The position numbers and the translations under genes were made by a program. A DNA stretch of 63,713 nucleotides, from contig JAXLNO010000546.1 in assembly GCA_038087875.1 (NCBI GenBank), positions 186,001 to 249,713 of the forward strand. The letters are read 5' to 3'. Source of the stretch: Malacoraja senta. Its lineage: Eukaryota. Under the pieces are notes generated by a model. The model had not been told where the DNA came from. It ran no database searches and saw only the letters and a program-made list of their open reading frames with translations. Shown in pieces: positions 12,736 through 25,114 of this stretch; position 1 is the stretch's first letter, and each line of letters begins with the position of its first letter.

Positions 12736-14234
12736 GACATGCATCTGGCTGACACTATCTCCCGGGCGCCTCGAAAGACTAGTGAAAAATGCCCAGCGGA
12801 GGAAGAGGCTTTCGTCGTCATGATGGCCAGTAAGGCAACGGTGTTCTCAGTTCTGGATGCCAAGGGTTTGTTTTGGCAGATTCCACTGGACTACAAATCG
12901 TCCATGCTAACCACCTTTCGGGCGATACCGCTTTCTGCGCATGCCATTTGGTATCAATGCTGCCAGTGACGTATTCCAGCGCACCATGGAACAGCTTTTT
13001 GCCGGCTACCCTTGCGCTATCATAGTTGATGACATTCGCGTTGCTGGGCAGGACATGCAGGAGCATGATGCCAATTTGAAGATGGTGCTGGATCGCGGCA
13101 GAGAGATCAAGTTCAAGCTAAATACCGTCAAGTGCAAATTCCGGATCAGCGAAGCTAACTATGTGGGCCACATATTTACCAGTGACGGTCTCAAGGCAGA
13201 CCCTTCGAAAACTGCGGCGATCGGCAAAATGACCGAACCCACTGTTTTTGCCAGCGGACATAGATGTTTGGGCATGTTGAACTATCTCGGGAAGCTCATC
13301 CCTAACTTCAGCGAACTCACTGCCGCTTTCAACGTCAATCTACCTGTCCCGCTGAATTGTGATGCCTCTCCATATGGTTTAGGTGCAGTATGTCTGCAGG
13401 ACGGCCGGCCTGTCGCGTATGCATCGCGAACAATTACAGATACAGAACACTATATACAGATTGAAAAGTAGCTACTGGCAGTGGTTTTCGCCTGCAGTGA
13501 ATTAAATGATTTTGTGTTTAGAAAGACTGATCATCAGCCCCTGGTCACCATTCTGAACAAACCAATTCACGCAGCACCAGCGCGTCTGCAACGGATGATG
13601 TTGCAGCTTCAGAGGTATGATGTTACCATTCTTTACAAGCACGGCAAGGACATGCAACTGGCTGACACTTTGTCCCGGGCGCCTTGAAAGACGTGAAAAA
13701 TGCCCAGTCGAGGAAGAGGCTTTGATTGTCATGATGGCCAGTTACATTCACTCCACGTGTCTGGACGAATTCGCAGCGCAGACAGCTGATGATAACACTT
13801 TGAGATCGCTTTCTTCTGTCATTTGCCATGGGTGGCCAGATAAACAGTACAAGCTGCCACTCCTGGTGCGACCGCACATCCCTGTTCGTGATGAGCTCGT
13901 GATTCAAGGTCACGATCGTCGTAGTGAAAGGACACGATCGCCTTGCTGTTGTGGATGAGTCCTGTCCAGAACCACGATCTTACCTAGTGAAGGCGGACGA
14001 TAGTTTACAGACGCTCAAGGAGGCACATCCTTCCAGTAAACTAACCGATGCCTTCTCAACAGTATCCACAGGAACACCTGGGCAACTGTGCTTTGCGGCC
14101 CAGTGGAGACGCTTCCGAGGAAGGTAGACTGCCAGCTGAACCCGATTTGGTCTTGCTCCCGGCACTCGCGCCGCCAGGGTTAGTGGCACAATCACAGTGA
14201 AGCCTGTGATGCCGTTGCCTGTGAAGTCCGCAGT
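12736..14234 (+). mobile_element. Gypsy LTR-retrotransposon pol fragment (RT-RNase H), degenerate
   Basis: FSVLDAKGLFWQIPL, MPFGINAASDVFQR, IIVDDI, CDASPYGLGAV, TDHQPLVTI. Confidence 0.95.
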
Positions 14235-14945
14235 AAATGCAATTCTGAACGAAATTTTGTTGCATCTGGATTGCCGTGCAACACAAAATAACAGAAGGAT
14301 AAAATGGATAAAAAGATAAAATGGATATAAATATAAAATCGGTAATGGTGGCGGCAGATTACATGGCATTCATGAGTCTGGTGGCTCGGGGGAAGAAGCT
14401 GTTGCAAAACCTGGCCGTTCTGCTCCTTATACTACGATATCTCTTGCCCGAGGGCAGCAGAGTGAATTGATTGAGATGTGTGGGGTCCATGATTGAGATG
14501 TGTGGGGTCCTTTATAATACTGCTGGCCTTAGACAAGCAACGTGTGCACGCAATGTCCCAGATTGAGGGAAGAGAAGTCCCGGTGGTTTTTTTCAGCCTT
14601 CCTCACCACTCTCTGCACGGACTTCCAGTCGGAGGCTTTACAGTCCCCAAACCAGACAGAGATGCAGCTGGTTAAAATGCTCTCTATGGAGCCCCTGTAG
14701 AAAGTGGTGAGGACGGGATGGGGGAGGTGAGCTCTTCTCATCCGGCGCAGAAAGTGCAACCTCTGCTGCGCTCCCTCAACTAATGATGGGATGTTTTTTG
14801 ACCAGGGCAGACTGTTCATAATCTGCACCCCCAGGAACTTAGTGCTACTGACCAACTCCACATCCTTGTCATTAATGTGAAGTGGTGTGTGACTGTGCCG
14901 TTTTTTTCTGAAGTCGACGATAAGCTCCTTTATTTTGTCGACTTG
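14235..14945 (-). mobile_element. Rex1/Babar LINE 3' fragment
   Basis: KIKELIVDFRK...KFLGV...AQQRLHFLRRMR...FYRGSIESILTSCISVW. Confidence 0.92.
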
Positions 14946-16590
14946 CAACTCTGCAGGTGATACAAATTTATGAAGGGGAAATCTTGCTTGACTAATCTGA
15001 AATCTTTTGGGGATGTAACAACTAAAATTGATAAGAGAAAGCCAGTGGATTGAGTATACCTGGACTTTCAGAAAGCCTTTGAATGAATGTGAGGTTATCC
15101 ACTTTGGTGGTAAAAAGAAGGCCAATTATTATTGGAATGGTGTTAGATTAGGAAAAGGGGAAGTGCAACGAGGCCTGGGTGTCCTTGTACATCAGACGCT
15201 GAAAGTAAGCATGCAGATGCAGCAGGCAGTGAAGAAAGCTAATGGCATGTTCACTTGCTGGAAGTGGCGGCGCATCCATGCAGCTCGGCTCACCTGCAGT
15301 CGGTCTGTCTTATCCTTTTTTTGTTTGCTTTTGTCATGTTGGACGTATGTTTTAGTTTATTTTTAGTTGTGTATGTGTGGGGGGTGGGGGAAACTTGTTT
15401 TCCTCTCTTCCTCCGGGGGAGATGCGACCTTTTCTTGTCGTATCTCCGTCTCCGTCTCGTCGGCGCTGAGGCCTAATCGTGAAGGTGGCAGCCTCCAACT
15501 GGGACCGACCTCGAGGCTCAGGAGGCAGAGCCAAGACTCACCATCGCGAAGCTGGCCGACTTCTGGGATGCGATGGCGCTGCGGCGGCGGCGACCCGACT
15601 TTGGAGCCTCGGAGGCTTCGGCCACGGGCCCAGTGGACGACAACATCGGGAGCTCACAGGGAGCTCGCAGGTCCCAGGTTGGTGACCGATTTTCCGGAGC
15701 TCCCGCAACAACAGCTTCGTCCGCTGGACTGGAGGGTGGCAATTTCGTCCGCCCCGGGCCGCGGGGTTTGAACCGGCCCGTTCGCGGAGCTCAGAATCGG
15801 CCGCGGGACTTACCATCACCGGCGGGAGGCGCAACATCGAAAGCCTGGATCGCTTCAATGCAGAGGGAGAACAAGAAAGGAAGAGGCAAGGACTTTAAGA
15901 CTTTTGCCTTCCATCACAGTGAGGAGGTGCCTGGTAGACTCACTGTGGTGGATGTTAAACTGTGTTGATTGTGTGTTCTGTTATTTTATTTTCTGTCATG
16001 ACTTCAAGGTACGCAATTTCGTTCAAACTAAAAGTTTGATTGACAATAAAGAAAACTTTAACTTTAACTTTCATAACAAAAATAATTGAGTATGGAGCTA
16101 AGAGGTCATTCTGCAATTGTACAGGATCCTGGTAGGACCTCCCTGGAGTATTGTGTGTAGTTATGGTCTGCTAATTTGAGGAAGAACATTCTTGCTATTG
16201 AGGGAGTGCCACGTAGATTCACGAGGTTAATTCCAGGGATGGCGAGCCTGTCATATAATGAATGAATGTAACGACTGGGCTTGTATAGTCTGGAATACAG
16301 AAGGATGATAGGGGATCGTATAGAGACATGGACGATAATTAATGGATTGGAAAAGCTAGATACATGTTTCCGATTTTGGAGGAGGCCAGAACTAGGAGCC
16401 ACGACATACGAAAAAGGGGGTACACTATTTACAACTGAGATGAGTAATAATATTTTCACCCGGAGAGTTGTGAATTTGTAGAATTGTGTGCCTCAGGCGG
16501 CAGTGGAGGCCGTTTCAGTGGATGCATTCCAAAGAGGGTTAGATAGAGCTTTTAAGGCTAGTGGAATCACGGGATATGGGGAGATGAAAC
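14946..16590 (+). mobile_element. CR1 RT/3' fragment interrupted by a SINE-like element
   Basis: CEVIHFGGK and QQAVKKANGM, resuming at ~16070 with YSLEYRRMIGD. Confidence 0.88.
15256..16070 (+). mobile_element. Related GC-rich SINE-like retroposon inserted in a CR1
   Basis: Shared blocks catcgggagct and ttgccttccatcacagtgagg; tgacaataaa(actttta)n tail. Confidence 0.75.
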
Positions 16591-16612
16591 AATAACTTAG
16601 ATAACTTTTCAG

Positions 16613-16768
16613 ATGGAAAGCCATCCTCAGACGCTGTCTGTCGTCGAGTTCGTTTTTCCAGATAACTGATTTCAATTCCTATATCCAAAAACGTCAGTTC
16701 TTGTATTTGTCAGCCCAAGGTTCATTAATGCATAAAATTTGGTCCGACTGTCGCATTAACTCGAACAG
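16613..16768 (+). pseudogene. Exon-like segment, possible C-linker/start of a cyclic-nucleotide-binding domain
   Basis: Acceptor acttttcag, donor cag|gtaggt, 156 nt. One frame is open: WKAILRRCLSSSSFFQITDFNSYIQKRQFLYLSAQGSLMHKIW. Resemblance to HCN/CNG CNBD is by eye only. Confidence 0.45.
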
Positions 16769-16837
16769 GTAGGTGTAACCCCGAACAAATGTTTTGTAAG
16801 CGGCCTCGTTATAAAGAGCATAAAGAAGAAGCAGAAG

Positions 16838-17960
16838 CTCATGGTATTGGGAGTACGGTGTTGACATGGATAGAAAATTGGTTTGCAGACATGGCGCAAA
16901 GAGTCGGAGTGAACGGGTCCTTCCAATAATGGCAGGGAGTGGCGAATGGAGTGCCGCAATGCTCGGTGTTGGGGCCGCAACGGTTTACCATATATATTAA
17001 TGATTTGGAAGGGGGAATTAGGAGCAACACTAGCAAGTTTGCGGAGAGCACAAAGCTGGGTGGCTGTGTGAACTGTGAAGAGGATGTTAGGAGGTTACAG
17101 GGTGACCTGGACAGGTTCAGTGTGAGGGCAGATTCAGTATAATATAGATAAATGTGAGGTTATCCTCATTGGTGGCAAAAATAAGGGGGAAGATTATTAT
17201 CTTAATGGGGTTAGGATAGGTAAGGGAGAGGTACAGCGAGACATGGGTGTCCTTGTACACCGGTCACTGAAAGATGGCGTGCAGGTACAGCAGGCAGTGA
17301 ATAAAGCCAGTGTAGGAATGTTGGCCTTCATAACAAAAGGATTTCAGTATAGGAGTAGAGAGGTTCTTCCGCAGTTGTATAGGGCTCTGGTAAGACCACA
17401 TCTGGAGTATTGTGTACAGTTTTTGTCTCCAAATTTGAGGAAGAGCATCCTTGTGATTGGGGCAGTGCAGCGTAGGTTCACGACATTGATCCTTGGGATG
17501 GCGGGACTGTCATATGAGGAAAGCATGAAAAGACTAGGCTTGTATTCACCGGAGTTTAGAAGGATGAGGGGGATCTTATAGAAACATATAAAATTATAAA
17601 AGGACTGGACAAGCTAGATGCAGGAAATGTTCCCAATGTTGGACGAGTCCAGAACCAGGGGCCACAATCTTAGAATAAAGGGCAGGCCATTTCAGACTGA
17701 GGTGAGAAAAAACATGTTCACCCAGAGTTGTGAATTTGTGGAATTCTCTGCCACAGAAGGCAGTGGAGGCCAAATCACTGGATGGATTTGAGAGAGAGTT
17801 AGATAGAGCTCTAGGAGCGTGGAATCAAGGGATTTGGGGATTTGGAAGGCACGAGTTGTTGATTGGGGACAATCAGCCATGATTGCAATGAATGGCAGCG
17901 CTGGCTCGAAAGTCCGAATGGCCTCCTCCTACACCTATTTTAAATGTTTCTATGTTTCTA
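16838..17960 (+). mobile_element. 5'-truncated CR1
   Basis: GVPQCSVLGP and [10 protein letters not shown], with a tttctatg tail. Confidence 0.93.
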
Positions 17961-17986
17961 ATAATCTCCTTTATTTATTGACACAG

Positions 17987-18054
17987 TCGTGCAAGTATTC
18001 TTTGTGGAATATCGCGTATTAACGGATCAAAACGAGTGAAAGGAGGATTTTGGG
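17987..18054 (+). pseudogene. Exon-like segment, possible CNBD beta-roll
   Basis: Acceptor tttattgacacag, donor gg|gtaaat. Reads VQVFFVEYRVLTDQNE*KEDFG, ending at the FG of the CNBD FGE-like motif. Confidence 0.42.
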
Positions 18055-18179
18055 GTAAATAGCTTCAGTTATGTCAGAATCAGAATCAGAATCAGAATCA
18101 GATTTTATTCGTCAAGTATGTTTTACAACATACGAGGAATTTCACTGGCTAGGTCAGCCATACAATTAAAAGCATCATG

Positions 18180-21100
18180 AGTCATGTCTGATACTTGGCT
18201 TTGCTTTGCAACAGGTTCTACCACTAGCACATTCGGCGACCGTTTCCTCTCCGGTTCTGCACGTAGCCCGACAATTTCCAAGCGACGTATCATAGCAACT
18301 GTCATCTGGTTATAAAGAAATTAATTTTGTCAATGAACTTCAGATTATATTAAGCACAATTACAAAGGAGTCAAAGAATGGCCTCTCTACGAGACCACGG
18401 ATACACACTCTTTTTAGCTGGTTACTCATGCTACTTATGATGGGGAAGCTGCGGATACATATTTCAGAATAAACGCCAGGCAACGGACGCGCCCGGCAGG
18501 TTTGGTTCGAATGTGCTAACTGTGGTTGCTCACACACCGCCATCCGTGAGAGTGCCCGGTTTTCGATAAAATTTGCCACGGATTCAAGCGTAAAAACTAT
18601 TTCTTCAGATGCTGCCGTTCCCGTGCGAACAGGTTTGAGACTAAACAAGCCGGGCATCTAATACAACCAGATTTTTCCCACGAAGCATCTGATAACTCTC
18701 CTATGATTTGATGGAAATAAGATTTGCCTGCGGTAGATGGAATTAGTCTAAACATACATTCCTTACTATAGGTGTCGATAAACACCGCGATCCTATGGTC
18801 ACTATTCGTGTCAACAATGTGGCTGTAATTGCCAAAATAGACATTGGTGCTCGCAGCAATGTATTATCACTGTCTGCGTTTCAGGAAATTATCAAAAGAA
18901 CCTCTGCCCTATGAGTGCGCCCATCGGAAGTGTGGAGTGACAGTGCCACCTGTTCCGATCAACTGAATTTCTTTATCGTCCCTCTGCTTGGCATCGATAC
19001 CTGCATCAAGCTAGGTTTGGTCTTCTTCGGCAAAGTTGTGCAGTTTGCTCCTATCCAAGACTGCACTCCATTCTTGCAAGCTATTACGATCTTTTCAACG
19101 AAGATCTTTATAAGCTCCCTCTCGATTACACTATTGGGACTGATCCAAATGTCCTCCCTGTTGTGCGTCCTGCGCAGTGCATTCCGGTTACCACGCGAAA
19201 CCGTATACAGAAATAACACGATAGAAAGGAAGCTCCGGGGGTCATCTGCCCTGTTACATCGGATTGGGTATCAACCATGGTGGCGGCCACCAAGAAGAAC
19301 AAGGAAGAGATGCGGATATGTGTCAACCTGAAGGATCTCAACACCGCTATCAAGCGACCTCATCACCCTATGAGCACGGTAGAAGAAGTAGCTACACACT
19401 TGGGTAGGGTAACGGTGTTCTCAGTTCTGGATGCCAAGAGTTTGTTTTGGCAGATTCCACTGGACTACAAATCGTCCATGCTAACCACCTTCAGTACACC
19501 TATCGGGCGATACCGATTTCTATGCATGCCATTTGGTATCAATTCTGCCAGTGACGAATTCCAGCGCACCATGGAACAGCTTTTTGCCGGCTACCCTTGC
19601 GCTATCATAGTTGATGACATTCGCGTTGCTGGGCAGGACATGCAGGAGCATGATGCCCATTTGAAGAGGGTGCTGGATCGCGGCTGAGAGATCAAGTTCA
19701 AGATAAATCCCCTCAAGTGCAAATTCCGGATCAGCGAAGTGAACTATGTGGGCACCGTATTTACATAGACATAGAAAATAGGTGCAGGAGTAGGTCAATC
19801 GGCCCTTCGAGCCTGCACCGCCATTCAATATGATCATGGCTGATCATCCAACTCAGTGACGGTCTCAAGGCAGACCCCTTGAAAACTGCGGTGATCGGCG
19901 AAATGACTGTACCCACTGTTTTTGCCAGCGGACAGAGATTTTTGGGTATGTTGAACTATCTCACGAAGCTCATCCCTATCTTCAGCGAACTCTCTGCCTA
20001 TTTCAACGTCAATCTAACTGTCCCGCTGACTTGTGATGCCTCTCAGTATGGTTTCGCTGCAGTATGTCTGCAGGACGGCCGGCCTGTCGCGTATGCATCG
20101 CGAACAATTACAGATACAGTACAACGCTACGGACAGATTGGAAAGTAGCTACTGGCAGTGGTTTTCGCCTGCATTGAATTCAATGATTTTGTCTTTCGAA
20201 AGATTATCACAGTCGAGACTGATCACCAGCCCCTGGTCACCATTCTGAACAAACCAATTCACGCTGCACCAGCGCGTCTGCAACGGATGATGTTGCAGCT
20301 TCAGAGGTATGATGTTACCATTCTTTACAAGCACGGCAAGGACCTGCATCTGGCTGACACTTTGTCCCGGGCGCCTTGAAAGATGTGAAAAACGCCAAGC
20401 GGAGGAAGAGGCTCTCATTGTCATGATGGTCTGTTTCATTCACTCCTCGTGTCTGTACGAACTGACAGCGCAGACAGCTTAGGATGACACTTTGAGTTCG
20501 CTTTCTTCTGTCATTTGCCATGGGTGGCCAGATAAACAGTACAAGCTGCCACTCCCGGTGCGACCACACTTCCCTGTTCGTGATGACCTCGTGACTCAAG
20601 GTCACGATCGTCGTGGTGATAGGTCACGATCGTCTTGGTGTTGTGGATGAGACCTGTCCAGAACCACGATCTTACCTAGTTAAGGCGGACGATAGTGTTT
20701 ACAGACGCACTAGGAGGCACATCCTTCCAGTAAACTAACCAATGCCTTCTCAACAGCATCCACAGGAACACCTGGGCAACTATGCTTTGCGGCCCAGTGG
20801 AGACGCTTCCGAGGAAAGTAGACTGCTAGCTGACCCCCATTTGGTCTTGCTCCCGGCACTAGCGCCGCCAGGGTTAGTGGCACAATCACAGTGAAGCCAG
20901 TGATGCCGTTGACAGTGAATTCCCCAGTCAAACTAGCACCAACTATGCCGGTGACTACGATGAATTCTCCAGAGGGAAGAAAATGTGGTTTGCAGCGTGC
21001 AGGTGCGGGATGCACCTCTAAACCTAACCCCAAGTACAAGGACTATGGTTGAACTTTGGCTGTGGATTTTAACCGGTTCACTGATCAACGTTATTAATTT

Positions 21101-21180
21101 GCTTTCGCTTATGTGTATCCTCCGGTGCATAATTGTAATTATAAGTGCTTACATCAATATATTATGATGTTCTAGTTTTA
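18180..21180 (+). mobile_element. Gypsy LTR-retrotransposon internal region (gag zinc knuckle, protease, RT, RNase H; integrase mostly deleted)
   Basis: CANCGCSH...KICH..KNYF..CRS (~18510-18620), KIDIGARSNV (~18835), RT ORF 19277..19687, RNase H 19879-20379. A ~90-bp CR1 tail is inserted at ~19764-19855. Confidence 0.92.
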
Positions 21181-21269
21181 TAAGCTTGCGACTAATGATA
21201 CATATAACCTTATAACCAAATTGTTATATGGTTATATGGTTATATGTATCATTAGTCGCAAGCTTCTAT

Positions 21270-22885
21270 TTAAGCGGGAGGCTGTGTAATGAACCCAAAC
21301 TTGATAAGGCAATGAGGGTAAGGAGGTTTATGAGGTAGTGACCATAATATGATGAGTTTTAATATACAATTTTTGAGAGAGAAGGGTAAATCGGTGGTGT
21401 CAGTATTACAGTTGCACAAAAGGGACAATGGAGCCATGAGGGGGGAGCTGGCCAACGTTGACTGGAAAGATACCCTAGCAGGGATGAAAGTGGAACAACA
21501 ATGGCTGGTATTTCTGGGAATAATACAAACGGTGCAGGATCATTTCATTCCAAAGATTAAGAAAGATTCCAAGGGGAATAAGGACAACCGTGGCTGACAA
21601 GGGAAGTCAGGGACAGTACAAAAACAAAAGAGAAGTATAAATTAACAAAGATGAGCGAGAAGCCAGAGGATTGGGTAACATTTAAAGAGTAACAAAAGAT
21701 AACTATAAAAAGTAATACAGGGAGAAAATATGAGGTACGAAGATAAGCTAGCCAAGAATATAAAGAAGGATAGTAAAAGCTTATTTAGGTATGTGATGAG
21801 GAAAATAAAAAGTAAGACCAAAGTTGGACCCTTGAAGACTGAAAAGGGTGAATTTATTATGGGGAACAATGAAATGGCAGAAGAGTTTAACAAGTACTTT
21901 GGATCCGTCTTCACTAAGGAGGACACAGACAATCATCCTGATGTACTAGTGGCCAGAGGATCTGGGGTGACAGAGGAACTGAAGGAAATCCACATTAGGC
22001 AGGAAATGGTGTTGGGTAGACTGATGGGTCGGTGGGCTGATACATCCCCAGGGCCTGATGGTCTGCATCCTAGAGTACTCAAGGAAGTGGCTCGAGAAAT
22101 CATGGACGCATTGGTGATCATTTTCCAATGTTCTATAGATTCACGATCGATTCATGTGGATTGGAGGGTTGCTAATGTTATCCCACTTTTTAAGAAAGAT
22201 GGGAGAGAGAAAACAGGGAATTGTAGATCAGTTAGCCTGACATCGGTGGTGGGGAAGATGCTGGAGTCAATTACAAAAGATGAGATAGCCGAACAATTGG
22301 ATAGCAGCAACAGGATCGGTCCGAGTCAGCATGGATTTACGAATGCTTGACTAATCTTCTGGATTTTTTAAGGATGTAACTATGAAAATGGACAAGGGAG
22401 AGCCAGTGGATATAGTGTGCCTGGACTTTCAGAAAGCATTTGGTGAGGTCCCACATCGGAGATTATTGGGAAAAATTAAGTCACATCGTATTGGGCGTAG
22501 AGTGCTGACATGGATAGAAAATTCGTTGGCAGACAGGAAACAAAGAGTAGGGATTAACGGGTCCCTTTCAGAATGGCAGGCAGTGACTAGTGGAGGTACC
22601 GCAAGGCTCGGTGCTAGCCCCGCATCTATTTACAATATATATTAATGGATCAGATGACGAGATTACAAGTAACATTAGAAAATTTGCAGATGACACAAAG
22701 CTAGGTGGCAGTGTGAACTCTGAGGAGAATGCTATGATAATGCACGATGACATGGACGGGTTGGGAGAGTGGGAAGATGCATGGCAGATGTTGTTTAATG
22801 TGGATAAATGAGAGGTTATCCACTTTAGTAGCAAAAACAGGAAGGTGGATTATTATCTAAATGGTGTCAAGTTGGGAAAAGGTCA
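21270..22885 (+). mobile_element. CR1 ORF2 fragment
   Basis: SPGPDGLHPRVLKEVA, DWRVANVIPLFKK, KFADDTKLGG. Confidence 0.95.
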
Positions 22886-23029
22886 AGTCACGTCGAGAGT
22901 TTATTGTCATGTGTCCCAGATCGTTCAATGTTTGGCCCAGGACTGTTTGGAGTCTGTACACTAGGCCATGTTCAGGGACTCGGCAACGGACATGAATGAA
23001 TACGCCGCAGTCGTTACAGACTTCATAAA

Positions 23030-25110
23030 GAAATAGAAAAATAGAAACATAGAAAACAGGTGCAGGTGGAGGCCATTCTGCCCTTCGAGCCAGCACCGCC
23101 ATTCATTGTGATCATGGCTGATCGTCCACAATCAATAACTCGTGCCTGCATTTTCCCATATCCCTTGATTCCACTACCCCCCAGAATCTCCTTAAATCTA
23201 TCTCTCTCTAACTCTGAAATCCATCCAGTGATTTGGCCTCCACTGCCCTCTGTGGCAGAGAATTCCACAAAATTCACAACTCTCTGTGTGAAAAAGTTTT
23301 TTCTCACCTCAGTCTTAAATGGCCTCCCCTTTATTCTAAGACTGTGGCCCCCTGGTTCTGGGCTCGCTCAACATTGGGAATGTTTTTTCCTGCATCTAGC
23401 TTGTCCAGTCGTTTTATAATGTTATATGTTTCTATAAGATCCCCCTCATCCTTCTAAACTCAAGTGAATACAAGCCTAGTCTTCTCAATCTTTCCTCATA
23501 TGACAGTACCGCCATCCCAGGGATCAATCTCGTGAATCTACGCTGCCCTGCCTCAATCTCAAGGATGTCCTTACTCAAATTAGGAGACAACAATTGTACA
23601 CAATATTCCTGTTGTGGTCTTACCAGGACCCTATAAAATTGCTGAAGAACCTCTTTACTCCTATACTGATATACGCTTGTTATGAAGGCCAACATTCCAT
23701 TAGTATTCTTCACTGCCTGCTGTACCTGCACGCTAACTTTCAATGACTGGTGTACAAGGACACCCAGGTCTTGCTGTAACTACCCCTTTCCTAACCTAAC
23801 CCCATTGAGATAATATTCTGCCCCTTGTTTTTGCCGCCAACGTGTCTTACCTCACATTTATCTATATTATACTGCATCTGCCACGCAACTGCCCACTCAC
23901 TCAACCTGACCAGGTCACCCTGCAACCTCCTAATATCCTCTCCTCAGTTCACACTGCCACCCAGCTTTGTGTCATCTGCAAACTTGCTAGTGTTGCTCGT
24001 AATTCCCTCTTTCAAATCATTAATATATAAGGTAAACAGTTGTGAACGCAACACCAAGCCTTGCAGCACTCCACTCGCCACTGCCTGCCATTCCAAAAAG
24101 GACCCGTTCACTCCTACTCTTTGCTTCCTGTCTGCCAACCAATTTTCTATCCATGTCAACACCCTATCCCCAATACCATGTGCTCTAATTTTAGTCACCA
24201 GACTCCCGTGCGGGACCTTGTCAAAGTATTTGTGAACGTCTAGATACACTAGATCCACTGGTTCCCCGTCATCCATTTTACTAGTCACATCCTCCAAAAA
24301 ATTCACAAGATTAGTCAAGCATGATTTTCCGTTCATGAATCCATGCTGACGGACTAATCATTTTACTGCTATCCAAATGCCCCACTATCAATTCTTGACT
24401 CCAGCAGCTTTCCCACCGCCGAAGTCGGGCTAACGGGTCTGTAGATCCTCGTTTTCTCTCTCCCTCCTTTCTAGAAAAGTGGGACAACATAAGCTATCCT
24501 CCAATCCACAGGAACAGATCCAATTAGTGTATTCTTGCCTTGACTATTCCTCACCTCAATCCACGGTGACACTACCTCGTCAGTCCCTATGTCTTCCCTC
24601 CCAACAGTCTGAATTCCATCCCGCACCAGCAGAGCTACCCCCCTCCTCTGCCTACCTGCCTGCCTTTTCTATAGGGTGTTTAACCCTGAATATTGTTACC
24701 CGGCCCGATCCTCCTGCAGCCAAGTCCTGGTAATCCCCACAATGTGATATCAACCAACCTCTAACTGAGCCGCAAGCTCAGCTACTTTACTTCTTATACA
24801 TCGCGCATTCATACTTTTAATACAATACTTTTAATTCCTTATGCATCTTACCTTTCACATCGATCCATATTACAACTGGCCATACTCTCCTATCCCTTTG
24901 TGAGCTTTCTTTCCCGTTAATTCTGGGGTCATTAACCATCCCTTTACTCTCTTTCTCTTTAACTCCGTCCTTGATTATCCCATTTGACACCCCACCCCCT
25001 CCGTTATTTAGTTTAAAACCACCTGTGTAGCAGTGAAAAACCTGCCTGCCAGAATGCTGGTCCCGCACATGTTCAGGTGCAATCCGTCCCTATTGTACGG
25101 TTCCCCCTCC
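23030..25110 (-). mobile_element. CR1 (internally deleted), with 3' tail
   Basis: ORFs 23944..24336, 23432..23743 and 23023..23307; (atagaaac) tail at ~23035-23055. Confidence 0.93.
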
Positions 25111-25114
25111 TCCT

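Noticed and set aside
15915..15960. CACAGTG heptamers as V(D)J recombination signals
   Set aside because: No nonamer at 12/23 spacing and no Ig/TCR segments; they are part of the SINE hairpin.
18340..18657. Minus-strand ORF ending like a channel S1 helix (GLVERPFFDSFVIVLNII)
   Set aside because: The + strand here encodes the Gypsy gag zinc knuckle, so this is an antisense coincidence.
21200..21246. (ataacc)/(ggttat) repeats as telomere-like sequence (also ~34408-34430)
   Set aside because: They match the CR1 subfamily tail seen at ~36760-36780, not TTAGGG.
21270..25110. Convergent CR1 pair as one large inverted-repeat element
   Set aside because: The two CR1s are diverged, differ in extent, and are separated by a LINE tail fragment, so they are independent insertions.
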